Shown here in pieces: positions 1-9,250 of a stretch of 64,000 nucleotides of DNA. A program made the position numbers and the translations under genes. The notes under the pieces were generated by a model. That model searched no databases. It saw only the letters and a list, made by a program, of their open reading frames with translations, and had not been told where the DNA came from. Every line of letters begins with the position of its first letter. Positions within the stretch are counted from its first letter, which is position 1. The DNA comes from a virus: the IMG/VR virus record IMGVR_UViG_3300043470_000815; one strand, 5' to 3'.

Positions 1-309
1 TTCAGTGTTGGCATATATACCCCTCCACCCAAAATTAATCGAACCTAAGTCAAATGTGTTGGAAATATTGGGAATAAATGATGATGATATTTGACCAAAA
101 AAAGAAATAGAAGCCGAAACACCGTAATGATTTGACGAAATTAAATAAAATGGTTCACTGTCACCTTTATCACCCTTAACGCCCGGTACACCTTGTTCAT
201 ATAATTTTATAACATTTTGATTATCGAATATCGAAATTACTTTATCATAAGATGTGTCTCGTGATAAAATACGTTCATCTTCATCGTATGTTATAATTTT
301 ACGTGTCAT
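1..309 (-). CDS. Tail-fibre-like virion protein, N-terminal part (runs off the window)
   Basis: Not in the ORF track. ATG at 309 overlaps the TGA of 306..698 (ATGA). Manual translation MTRKIITYDEDERILSRDTSYDKVISIFDNQNVIKLYEQGVPGVKGDKGDSEPF...FDLGSINFGWRGIYANTE is open to base 1 and has a short collagen-like G-X-Y stretch. Confidence 0.55.
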   Translation of the reverse strand, partial: MTRKIITYDEDERILSRDTSYDKVISIFDNQNVIKLYEQGVPGVKGDKGDSEPFYLISSNHYGVSASISFFGQISSSFIPNISNTFDLGSINFGWRGIYANTE

Positions 310-698
310 CGGGTTATGCTTGATATAAATTTCGCTTTACCTTCATATACAAGTTCGGAATAATAAGATAAACCCGAACCCGACATTATAAATAAATCAA
401 AATACGCTTCTTGGTCGGGTGGTAACATTGAACTGGAATAAGCACTAATTTGAATACCAATACTACCTGATGTTAATGGTAATTGTACCGAACCTGAAAA
501 TGGTGTTAAATTTAATCCACTACCATCAACTCCAATAGATGATGATAATGTTAAATCTATAACTGTCGAATTAGGATTTGGTCTAAATTGCATTCGGGCA
601 TGATAATCAGTTAAATTGCGGGGTTGGTTATCCACAAAATATTCAATACGACGTTTAAAAGTCGCACCTTTCCTGATTATCAATATATCTTTAGACAT
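306..698 (-). CDS. Virion/tail-fibre-associated beta protein
   Basis: IIRKGATFKRRIEY...NLTDYHARMQFR pattern is typical of small phage tail-associated proteins; lies among fibre-like genes. Confidence 0.4.
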   Translation of the reverse strand: MSKDILIIRKGATFKRRIEYFVDNQPRNLTDYHARMQFRPNPNSTVIDLTLSSSIGVDGSGLNLTPFSGSVQLPLTSGSIGIQISAYSSSMLPPDQEAYFDLFIMSGSGLSYYSELVYEGKAKFISSITR

Positions 699-1008
699 TT
701 TCCCCTTCTATTAAATCATAAACTTGACTGTAAATGTTTTTATTACTATTTAAGTCAAAGTCAAATTTTAAATTAAACCAATGAATTGGTGTAACACGGT
801 AATCACGTGCCATTTTATCAGTCCAAACGTAGATAACAGCCTCGGATTCTATTCGCGTAATCCATTCAGTTTCACTTTCAACGTTTTCCTTATCGGAAGG
901 TTTTAAAAATTCAAAATCTTGGTTGGATGTAATAATTTTTTGAACGCGTAAATAAGCGTTTTCCAATATATCCCCGTTTGGGAGCGTGTAAGTTAATTGT
1001 TTAGCCAT
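691..1008 (-). CDS. Hypothetical protein (possible fibre assembly factor)
   Basis: 105 aa, overlaps its neighbours in the fibre cluster; function inferred from context only. Confidence 0.3.
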   Translation of the reverse strand: MAKQLTYTLPNGDILENAYLRVQKIITSNQDFEFLKPSDKENVESETEWITRIESEAVIYVWTDKMARDYRVTPIHWFNLKFDFDLNSNKNIYSQVYDLIEGENV

Positions 1009-2062
1009 AAGTTCTGATTTCTACGAAAAGAGGTGTATCTGTATTTAAATCGGCAGTGTTCAATGAATTTGCCATATCATAACTTCTCAATCTTAAATTG
1101 AAACCATCTAATACTGAAAACTGATAATAATTTGCATCGCCAGTTGAAATATGATTATTAGATATTACAAATGTTTTAGTCGAACTAAAAATATCTTGAT
1201 CTACCGTAATTATATAATGTCCCTCACTATTTCTGAAAATATTAATATCAAGAGTAGTATAATCATTTTGTAAAATATTTTCAATGACTGGATCATTAGA
1301 AACAGTTTGCGTCATTGAAAACGATATAACTTTATAATTCCGACCATTCATAGCATAACTAGATGTTAAATGATCTCTAATAGTTCCAACATCGGGTATT
1401 GAACGGTCGTTTAATTTTAATGTTTCTTGATAATCGGAAGCATATTGAATACCTTTACCATCTGCACTATCAGACACTACCAACCCGATAACACCTGTAT
1501 TACTTCCTACTGGATCAAATACTATATAATGGTTATTTGTACCAATTTGTAAAAAAGGATCGGGTGTAAATATTATATTCGTCCCATTATTTTGTCCTAT
1601 AAATATTTCAGTATTCGGATTCACCACAAATTTAAAATCCTCGACATTATTAATATTTTCAATTCTAAATGGACATGCTCCTAGATTATCAACCCTAGTT
1701 AATCCATTCAACGTACCCGACCCCGAATAAATTCCAGTCCGCCCAATTTGAGCAGAAGATGAAAATAACCCGCTAGGCATTGGATTTACCTTACCCCAAC
1801 TACCACTGTAAAAATACAATGTTCTGTCAGGTGTAACGACAAATCTTGGTTTAAACTTAGTCGGAGTTGTTACTGGAACACCATTTGTACTTGCAATTTC
1901 GATACCTTGACCGATATTATCCCATACTAATGTATCCCTATTCCACGCATATTGAACGCCATTTACATCAATCGCAAATTCGGCATCAGTTCCCACACTT
2001 GGAATTGTATTTGGTTGTCCAGTGGTGTATATTATTCCACTACCTTTTATTATATTAGACAT
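1001..2062 (-). CDS. Putative tail fibre/virion protein
   Basis: 353 aa, Gly/Ser/Thr/Asn-rich and beta-type; DVNGVQYAWNRDTLVW and ALYFYSGSW-like repeats. Confidence 0.45.
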   Translation of the reverse strand: MSNIIKGSGIIYTTGQPNTIPSVGTDAEFAIDVNGVQYAWNRDTLVWDNIGQGIEIASTNGVPVTTPTKFKPRFVVTPDRTLYFYSGSWGKVNPMPSGLFSSSAQIGRTGIYSGSGTLNGLTRVDNLGACPFRIENINNVEDFKFVVNPNTEIFIGQNNGTNIIFTPDPFLQIGTNNHYIVFDPVGSNTGVIGLVVSDSADGKGIQYASDYQETLKLNDRSIPDVGTIRDHLTSSYAMNGRNYKVISFSMTQTVSNDPVIENILQNDYTTLDINIFRNSEGHYIITVDQDIFSSTKTFVISNNHISTGDANYYQFSVLDGFNLRLRSYDMANSLNTADLNTDTPLFVEIRTYG

Positions 2063-2276
2063 TTACTGCCCCTTTTTTGTTTGGTTTTTTAACAGTTTCG
2101 GCGGTTTCAGTTGTGTCTTGGGTAAAATTTTCAATATTGATAGAATCTTCTACAATTGATAAAATTATTTCTTGGGTGGTAGGTTCTTCTACAATTGTTA
2201 AATCGGGAGTGGTAGGTTTTTCTACTTTATAAACTTTTAATTGTTGCCATGAAGCAAGTTTGGATTGTTGGGACAT
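2055..2276 (-). CDS. Hypothetical small acidic/Thr-rich protein
   Basis: 73 aa ORF preceded by AAAGGA and coupled to the downstream gene. Confidence 0.5.
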   Translation of the reverse strand: MSQQSKLASWQQLKVYKVEKPTTPDLTIVEEPTTQEIILSIVEDSINIENFTQDTTETAETVKKPNKKGAVNV

Positions 2277-2286
2277 ATTGTTTCCT

Positions 2287-2928
2287 TTATTTTAATAAAT
2301 TTAAAACGTGACTAACTGCCTCGTTTCTATGATTTTCTATTAATTCTGTAATATTTACAAATGGTGAATTTTTTAATAATTCAATATCGTAAATTGCCGA
2401 ATCATTTTTATTTTTAAGATCAATTTGCTGGAAATCACCACAAAAAATCATAATTGAACCTTTTCCCAACCTCCCAACCGCCATCCTAAGTTGACTTTTA
2501 GTTAAATTTTGAAATTCGTCGATTAATACAACCGCGTTTTCAAAAGTTTGGCCACGAAAGTGCTGGAGTGAAATCATTTCGATTTTCTTTTCAACTTCCA
2601 AAGACTTTAGTTTTTCGGGTTTGTTGTACACTTTGCGAAAATTAGAACGGATTGGAACTAACCAAGGCTCAAGTTTTTCTTCCAATGTACCGGGCAAAAA
2701 TCCAATATCTTCTGTACCAACCGTTGGTCTTGTGATAACAATTCGTTCGACATTTCCTTTAAACAATTCTTGTAGTGCTATGTATGTTGAAAGTAGAGTT
2801 TTGCCACAACCCGCGTTCCCAATAACAAAATTGTATGGATGTTTTAAAATTGCGTCTTTAGCAATTAATTGTTCATCGTTTAATGATAAATTAAATTGAA
2901 CATTTCCCTGTTTCTCTTTTTTCATCAT
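2287..2928 (-). CDS. phoH: PhoH-family ATPase
   Basis: GNAGCGKT Walker A, IVITRP, GFLPGTLEEK, RGQTF, LIDEFQN, GDFQQID: the full PhoH motif set. Confidence 0.93.
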   Translation of the reverse strand: MMKKEKQGNVQFNLSLNDEQLIAKDAILKHPYNFVIGNAGCGKTLLSTYIALQELFKGNVERIVITRPTVGTEDIGFLPGTLEEKLEPWLVPIRSNFRKVYNKPEKLKSLEVEKKIEMISLQHFRGQTFENAVVLIDEFQNLTKSQLRMAVGRLGKGSIMIFCGDFQQIDLKNKNDSAIYDIELLKNSPFVNITELIENHRNEAVSHVLNLLK

Positions 2929-2936
2929 GTGTTTAT

Positions 2937-2944
2937 TATAAATA
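2937..2944 (-). promoter_or_regulatory. Candidate late promoter motif (TATTTATA on the coding strand)
   Basis: Lies between a terminator and the phoH start. The same motif occurs at 3916-3923, 10252-10259, 10559-10566 and 21674-21681. Confidence 0.4.
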
Positions 2945-2953
2945 GTACAATAA

Positions 2954-2985
2954 ATAAAAAAACACCCTCCTAACGGAAAGTGTTT
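2954..2985 (-). terminator. Rho-independent terminator
   Basis: Minus strand AAACACTTTCC-GTTA-GGAGGGTGTTT followed by a T run, just after the stop of 3003..3755. Confidence 0.85.
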
Positions 2986-3002
2986 AATTTTTTTAAAAAA
3001 AA

Positions 3003-3755
3003 TTATTTAAGCATTTTAGTTATATATTGCGGAATAGCAAACCGCCCATATTTGATTCCTTTTTGTATATCGAAATTACAATCTTCGTAATCTGCTAATG
3101 AACATATTTCATTATCATCTGAAAAAATAATTTTGTATTTATTATATTTCAAAATATCAAATGAATCAAAAGAATAATTTATTTTTGGTAATACAAATAA
3201 TTCATTATACAAATAACCAAGTCCAACCTCACGATCATCATTAAAAAATTTACCATTTTTATACGTTAGTAATGTACCAAAATAATCAAATATTATTGTA
3301 ACATCTTTTAGTTTTGGAAATCCACAAAGTGTATCAACACTGTCATGCAATACTTTTAAGAATAAAGTTGTACCATACACCAATATTTCATCTGCATCAT
3401 CGAAAACACTAACAGTATGATCACCATCGGGTTCGCATAAATCGACCGTGTAGGTAGGTGTTTGAATACTACAAATTGCAATACCAAACGATGAAAAATT
3501 AACAATATTTGATAGTATATCCAACCCATCACCGTATTGTTCTCTTAAACGTTCCTGTATAAAATCTAATGGGCAAAACTTTTTCAACCATAAATCCTGA
3601 ATAAATGATGTGTTCCATAATACGCCGCTGGATTGTTCGTATAGATTGATTGGAAATTTTATTTGGGTCAATTGTTGGTCGAGTGTTTTTAATAAAAACT
3701 GTTGTCCAAGTAACCACTGTTCAGGTGTTACATAAGTTTTATCTATTGCTGCCAT
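3003..3755 (-). CDS. Hypothetical protein
   Basis: 250 aa ORF; no motif recognised. Confidence 0.6.
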   Translation of the reverse strand: MAAIDKTYVTPEQWLLGQQFLLKTLDQQLTQIKFPINLYEQSSGVLWNTSFIQDLWLKKFCPLDFIQERLREQYGDGLDILSNIVNFSSFGIAICSIQTPTYTVDLCEPDGDHTVSVFDDADEILVYGTTLFLKVLHDSVDTLCGFPKLKDVTIIFDYFGTLLTYKNGKFFNDDREVGLGYLYNELFVLPKINYSFDSFDILKYNKYKIIFSDDNEICSLADYEDCNFDIQKGIKYGRFAIPQYITKMLK

Positions 3756-3761
3756 TTATTT

Positions 3762-4037
3762 TTAAATTAATTTAAAATGCGAATCGTATTCATAAAAGTG
3801 TTCATAATATGTAGTTTCGGGATATTCAAAACCATCATAATCTATTCCACTTGGACTTATATGTTTTTGAGTATGGCTGTATCGTTCTACTACCAACCGA
3901 ATTATTCATTAAATTTATAAATATTTAAATTCGGTTGGTACTTCAAGATTTCGGAAATCGTTATGAATCGCAAAATCTGTTTCAATAGGTTTACCATAGC
4001 GTTCAATTATATTCGCAATTTTATTTTCGTGTGTCAT
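3762..4037 (-). pseudogene. Small gene interrupted by a 48-50 bp palindromic insert
   Basis: One frame runs from ATG 4037 to TAA 3762 and exactly fills the intergenic gap. Its three internal stops all lie inside the 3891-3940 palindrome; removing 48 nt gives a 75 aa ORF. Confidence 0.6.
3891..3940. repeat. Perfect 13 bp inverted repeat with a 24 bp AT-rich spacer
   Basis: TACCAACCGAATT (3891-3903) and AATTCGGTTGGTA (3928-3940). Confidence 0.95.
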
Positions 4038-4043
4038 TTATTT

Positions 4044-4592
4044 TTAAAACTTCTTAAAATAATAATATGGACAATCCATTAATAAACTTTGATTTAAACC
4101 AAAATGAATAAATTCAGAACAATCTTCATAACGTCCATTTTCCATTTCCAAACTACTAGGAAACATTTGAAGTGCTAATTGTTCATTTCGCTGATATTCG
4201 TCAAATGCTTCTTTAGATAAAAATGCAACATATCCGTCGCGTTTTTTACCCGACCATGAATCATATTCAATACAATCCGCAATGTATAATTGTGTTAATT
4301 TTGAATCTTTATTAGAACTTAAAAAATCCGTATCATTTAACCAAACAACCTCGGTTGGTTTATAAGTTTTACCAGCCATATCTACCCAAAATTTATTTGA
4401 AAAATTGAAATATAATGGTAAGTTTTGACCGTTCACAATACCTATTTTCCAACCAGCCTTGGTCGGTAAGATATTAGAATCAATAATCCATAATTTTTCT
4501 TGAATTGAAATTAAGGCAGTCATATAACCATTTACAGCATCGTCAGACCATCCTTCAAATGATTGTGAACGTAGTGTTTCTAAATAATTCAT
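4044..4592 (-). CDS. Hypothetical protein
   Basis: 182 aa ORF in the co-oriented early-type cluster. Confidence 0.6.
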   Translation of the reverse strand: MNYLETLRSQSFEGWSDDAVNGYMTALISIQEKLWIIDSNILPTKAGWKIGIVNGQNLPLYFNFSNKFWVDMAGKTYKPTEVVWLNDTDFLSSNKDSKLTQLYIADCIEYDSWSGKKRDGYVAFLSKEAFDEYQRNEQLALQMFPSSLEMENGRYEDCSEFIHFGLNQSLLMDCPYYYFKKF

Positions 4593-4692
4593 CAGTATTT
4601 TATTTTTTTATTAAAAATCTATTGTAAATTTTTCTAATTCGTTTAAACAAATAAATTCAGTATTTCGATATTTTTTAGCACAATAATTCATT

Positions 4693-4926
4693 TCAATTGT
4701 TTAAATTGTATTGTAAATGTAAATTAAGTTTTTTATGTTCGTAATCCAACAAATACCTATCCACCTTATTATCTGCATGAATTACATCTGCCCATAAAGA
4801 TTCGGTGGTTGGTCTGTATTCGTATTGATTTGCAAGTTTATATTGGATATAACCCTCGCTAACGTTTAAATCCGTAGTTTCAGATAGAAACAAGTTTGAA
4901 CCTTCAAAGAAATTTATTTTTTTCAT
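4693..4926 (-). CDS. Hypothetical protein
   Basis: 77 aa ORF coupled to the upstream gene. Confidence 0.55.
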   Translation of the reverse strand: MKKINFFEGSNLFLSETTDLNVSEGYIQYKLANQYEYRPTTESLWADVIHADNKVDRYLLDYEHKKLNLHLQYNLNN

Positions 4927-5294
4927 TATAAGTCAGATATAATTTTTAAATGTTTTTCTTGTTGAATTTTAAATTCTTCGTCGGTTAAAAATCGTTTTAA
5001 TTCGTGACTAAAGGTTGGTTTGCCAAACCCACCAGTACAATATGTTTTGATAATGTCTAACGGATTATTAACCACTTTATTATAAAATTCAATATCGTCT
5101 TGGCGTAAATACGTGCTAAAATGATCGAATATAAATACAAATTTTTCTAAGAAATATGGTGAATCAAATTCAATCCAATCTTCATATTCAGTAATATCAT
5201 ACATCATCCGCTTAATGAACGATTCTTTCATGTCGTCGATCACATTAAAACATAAATTTATTGCAATAGTTTCTTTGTTTTTATCAGTTAACAT
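4926..5294 (-). CDS. Hypothetical protein
   Basis: 122 aa ORF directly downstream of a promoter/leader element. Confidence 0.55.
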   Translation of the reverse strand: MLTDKNKETIAINLCFNVIDDMKESFIKRMMYDITEYEDWIEFDSPYFLEKFVFIFDHFSTYLRQDDIEFYNKVVNNPLDIIKTYCTGGFGKPTFSHELKRFLTDEEFKIQQEKHLKIISDL

Positions 5295-5319
5295 TTTTTA
5301 TCTTATTTTTAATTACACA

Positions 5320-5378
5320 TGGTAAATGATTTCATTTCCTTAAAGAAATCAAATGTGAAATTTGATGTTACAAAGGTA
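5320..5378 (-). promoter_or_regulatory. Bacteroidota-type -7 element (TACCTTTG, 5371-5378) plus conserved 48 nt leader, copy 1
   Basis: Fits TAnnTTTG. Bases 5320-5367 are near-identical to 45528-45576. No TTG at the 19 nt position in this copy. Confidence 0.7.
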
Positions 5379-5416
5379 AGTAGTTTTTTGGTGGGGTGGT
5401 ATTCGTTAACAATTAA

Positions 5417-7447
5417 TTAACAAATTTTACGTGAATTATGTCCAGTGACGAAATTTAATCTAAACGGTGCTTTGGTTGTAATTTTAACAAATCCGTTACA
5501 ACCACACTGGCAGGTTGGACGAATATCATTGAAAATATGCTTAATCACATAACTTTCCCACCCTCCAGTATGATGCTTATTTATGTGCTGAATATATGAC
5601 TTATGTGAATAAAAATCGTCCTTATTACATTCCAAACAAACAAATTTTTCTGATAAATTACTTTGCTTAGTTAATTTTTGAATTTCTATTGGACGGTATT
5701 CTCCATATAAATTTATATATTCGTCAACTGATGTTTTATGTGATAATTTTAAATGCGTACTAAAACCATTGATAGAATACTCATTTTCACACATTTGACA
5801 GGTAATATCTATACTTTTTCGACTACTTTCTTTTTTATTTCGTTTCAATTTAGAGTGTTTTAAATTTTTTCGAGCGATTGGGTGCGATAAATCTACTTTA
5901 ATATTTGAATTATCATAAACTTTTTCATATCTCAAATTTCCACAATCCCAAATCCAATCATAACCCAACATTTTCATATTTTCCCACTCGGATAATTTAC
6001 TATCCGATTGCTTGAATATACTTAAAATGAGTTCTTTCGTGAATTGTCTCCGATCTGAACGTTTATTTGGATATACAAGATACCAGTAATTAGGACGACC
6101 CATTGATGTTAATGTAAATCCTAATAAATCATATACACTTTTACTTAATAAATCTGTCCAACGTCGATCTGCATAAGAAAATAATTTTACTGGTTTATAA
6201 TTTCGTTCAAAATATTTTAGTAATTTATTAGCCGCACCAATCACATTTGTATTTAGTTTTGAACAAAATCGTTTTAATTCGATTTCAGTTTCTTTACGAC
6301 TACGCTTAAATGTCATCACTGAAACAAGTTCCAAATTATGAAATAATCCGAAATTTAGGGCGGTTGGATCACCTTGACCTTGTAAATGGTTATCATCTAA
6401 AAATTTACTAATTTCTCTAAATGGTAATTCCTTTAATTCGCATTTCCTTGCAAAAATTGTATCCTTATTTAATTTTAATTCATTTTTAATACGACTAATA
6501 ACAATATCTTTTTTAAACAACCACTCATCTTCAAATATATGAATTAATTTAACACCGTTTTCTTCACACATTAATGTTTTATTTATATGATACCGTTCTA
6601 GTTTACCATTCGCTTCACTATGCCAATATAGTCCATTAAATTCTATCGCTAAATTAAATGATGGTATAAATATATCAACTTCTTCACCCAACTCCTTTGT
6701 ATTAGGTTTATATGGTATGTTCCATTCGGTTAATAAGTCACAAATTTGTTCTTCATATTTTGAACGCCATGTGGATGAATTAATTAAATTATCATTTTTA
6801 TAATACAATATACGCATTTTATCACGGAATGATTCACTACTCATTATATCAATGTCATGCTTAATTCTATATTGATCCTTGGTCATATTATGTTTATCAC
6901 GTAAATGTGTATTGGTCAATGTAATAAACCATTCATTACATTCTAAACATTGGATTCGATTATCCTCATTATCATTTATCGTTTTAATTCGATCAATCTT
7001 TACCAATGAATTTGACCACAATTTATCATTCGGGAAATCTACAATGTGGGTATCTTTGGTAATACCATGTACATCTAATAGATGTTTTCCAACCCATCCA
7101 CCATTATCTTTACCATCTTTGGTTTTTCCCGACCAATTGCAGTGAGGACAATTCCAACGTTCATCTTGGTTAGGTAATTTATCGACAATTTCCCAATCTT
7201 CCAAATTAAATTCTTTGTTTAAAGAATTAACCGAATATTTTTTAAGTTGACCTGATTGTTTAGCACCAAGACTAAAACATTTCCCATCTATTTTAGACTT
7301 ATATTGTTTTGTATTGTCAAATACTAACTTTGGTTGGTCAGATTGGTGTTTAGATTTGCATTCGTTATTACAAAATGCTTTTAATTTCTTAGGCAATTCC
7401 TTACCACATTGTTTACAATTCATATTGTTTGTTTTTGTATAATACAA
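5417..7447 (-). mobile_element. Multi-zinc-finger Hef-like/Vsr-type (PD-(D/E)XK) putative homing endonuclease
   Basis: VDIFIPSFNLAIEFNGLYWHS nuclease motif; Hef-like C-terminal part (ELKRFCSK...GAANKLLKYF...SYADRRW...WDCGN); four C2H2-like fingers plus CxxC/CxCGC knuckles. Likely start is ATG 7423. Confidence 0.75.
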
Positions 7448-7475
7448 ATATATGGTATTTATTCGGATTAAACAA
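7445..7475 (-). promoter_or_regulatory. Bacteroidota-type sigma70 promoter
   Basis: TTGT (7475-7472), 19 nt spacer, TATATTTG (7452-7445). Confidence 0.75.
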
Positions 7476-7496
7476 GTATATTAACTATACATTAAC

Positions 7497-7530
7497 AAAA
7501 AAAGGCTTGCCTAAATTAATAGACAAACCT
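7497..7530 (-). terminator. Terminator after the major capsid gene
   Basis: AGGTTTGTCTA/TAGGCAAGCCT stem (with G-U pairs) followed by a T tract. Confidence 0.8.
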
Positions 7531-7570
7531 AATTTTATTTTACGTTTTTTATAACTAACCGAATTTAATA

Positions 7571-9235
7571 TTATAGAGTATTCAAACCTTCAATATATAA
7601 TTTGGCATAAAACTCAGGACGCAGCATTTTTTTCGCGTAACGAGTCATGACACCTTTACGGGGCGTGAAGTTATCGGGATCGAGGACGGTTGGAGTCATA
7701 ATCATCGGAACATAAGGAGCGTAAACGGCCCCATTTTCTAGCCACGTTGACCCTTTATAACCCATCAAGATTACATTTTCCTTCATATAAGGATTTTTCC
7801 AAACCTTAAATCGGTTGTTCAATGTACCAATTTTTTGTACACCAAAGTTAAACGTTCCTTGATCTCCAGTCGTATCGGTAGCAAAACCCGGAATTGATTC
7901 CAAAACAGTAGCAACCATCGGTGAAACAATCATAAAGTTTGCTCCGCCCCTGACAGTACTTGCATGAATTTTGTTACTTAATTTTTGCAATTTAGTACCA
8001 ATTGTCTGAAACCATGTAGGCTGTGTATATGCAGTCAAATTTTGCGTTATCGGTGCGAAACCTGAACCATTCCATTCATAACCAATCCTAGTTGACCAGT
8101 AATCGGTATGTGAAGAAGGTGCTTCTGATAGCAACATATCCAAAATTTCCAAGTCAATTTCTTGCGAAATATATTCACCCAACACCCCCGTCAATTCGGC
8201 TTCTACGTCGATATTTTGGTAGGCATTTAAGTCTTGTGAAAATTCAGGTGTCCATTGTGCTTTCAACTTACGCGTTTTCGCAATAATTGATTCAGAACGC
8301 ATTTCAAGGTTAATTGATGGAATATCCAACGGATTATCCATGTTTGAACCTGCCTGTGTTTTACCTGCCTCAAAATCACCACGTGTTGTATCGGTTGGTT
8401 GTTTGTGATAATTTACATTCAAACGAGTTGCAGCCGCAAAGGTTGAACCCGATACTAAGAATGAAATTGTACCAGCCGATTTATTATATTTTGTAAATTC
8501 TTGATATACATCATTTACAACTGCACCAACACTGTTTGACAATGTAAAGGCACGTGTACCCATCGGATCAAATGATGCAATAGATGCAGTAGAAATTGTT
8601 ACTTTAACAATAGATGAACCACCAACCAATAAAGATTGACTAAATTCACTATTAAAATTATAATCCGTTGCTGAAACTGAACCTGTTACAAATTCCGTAG
8701 AACTTACAGCAGCCGCAATTGCCAATGCAGATGAACTATAATCGTTGATAGAATAACCAAAACGTCCGGGGCCATAGAGACCCTCGGTTGGTGTTGCCCA
8801 ACCATAAGTAGCGGCTGTACCTTTATTTGCATCAGTAACACCAAACATAGAATCGTTTTGCGAATCTTTGCCACTGTTACTATTAAATCCGGGTTGACCA
8901 TTACCATATTTCAAATCAAGCCAAAATACTAGACCTGATGGTAAATTCATCGGTTGAATTGAAATATATTCTTTTGCAGATACGTCAGCAAAAATACGGC
9001 GTACCAATGGTAACGCGATACCAGCCCATTCTTCCGAACCTTGTACAGTTCCCGTTTGGTTGGCTTCTTTAAGTAATTGCACAGCCTGATTTTCCAACAG
9101 TTGTGCCATGTTCCCTTTGTTTGGCCCTGAAAGACCTTCCAACAAACCAGTACGTTCCCATTTGTTTGTCAACAATTGGGCGTTTTTACGCTGGTTCATA
9201 AATTGATCCTTGGGTAAAAGACTTTGAATATCCAT
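7571..9235 (-). CDS. g23: Major capsid protein (T4 gp23 family)
   Basis: PLVRRIF, SIQPMNLPSGLVF, KTRKLKAQWTPEFSQDLNAY, YAPYVP, KGVMTRY: hallmark gp23 motifs. Confidence 0.97.
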   Translation of the reverse strand: MDIQSLLPKDQFMNQRKNAQLLTNKWERTGLLEGLSGPNKGNMAQLLENQAVQLLKEANQTGTVQGSEEWAGIALPLVRRIFADVSAKEYISIQPMNLPSGLVFWLDLKYGNGQPGFNSNSGKDSQNDSMFGVTDANKGTAATYGWATPTEGLYGPGRFGYSINDYSSSALAIAAAVSSTEFVTGSVSATDYNFNSEFSQSLLVGGSSIVKVTISTASIASFDPMGTRAFTLSNSVGAVVNDVYQEFTKYNKSAGTISFLVSGSTFAAATRLNVNYHKQPTDTTRGDFEAGKTQAGSNMDNPLDIPSINLEMRSESIIAKTRKLKAQWTPEFSQDLNAYQNIDVEAELTGVLGEYISQEIDLEILDMLLSEAPSSHTDYWSTRIGYEWNGSGFAPITQNLTAYTQPTWFQTIGTKLQKLSNKIHASTVRGGANFMIVSPMVATVLESIPGFATDTTGDQGTFNFGVQKIGTLNNRFKVWKNPYMKENVILMGYKGSTWLENGAVYAPYVPMIMTPTVLDPDNFTPRKGVMTRYAKKMLRPEFYAKLYIEGLNTL

Positions 9236-9244
9236 TTAAATTAT

Positions 9245-9250
9245 CTCCTT
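9245..9250 (-). promoter_or_regulatory. Shine-Dalgarno site of the capsid gene
   Basis: AAGGAG 9 nt upstream of ATG 9235. Confidence 0.75.

Noticed and set aside
2287-2928. phoH as evidence for a cyanophage
   Set aside because: phoH is widespread in phages; the promoters, SD scarcity and bS21 point to Bacteroidota, and no photosynthesis genes are present.
5320-5367. Duplicated leader as a solitary CRISPR-repeat mimic (RNA anti-CRISPR)
   Set aside because: I could not match it to any CRISPR repeat I know, so there is no sequence support. A CRISPRCasdb comparison would settle it.
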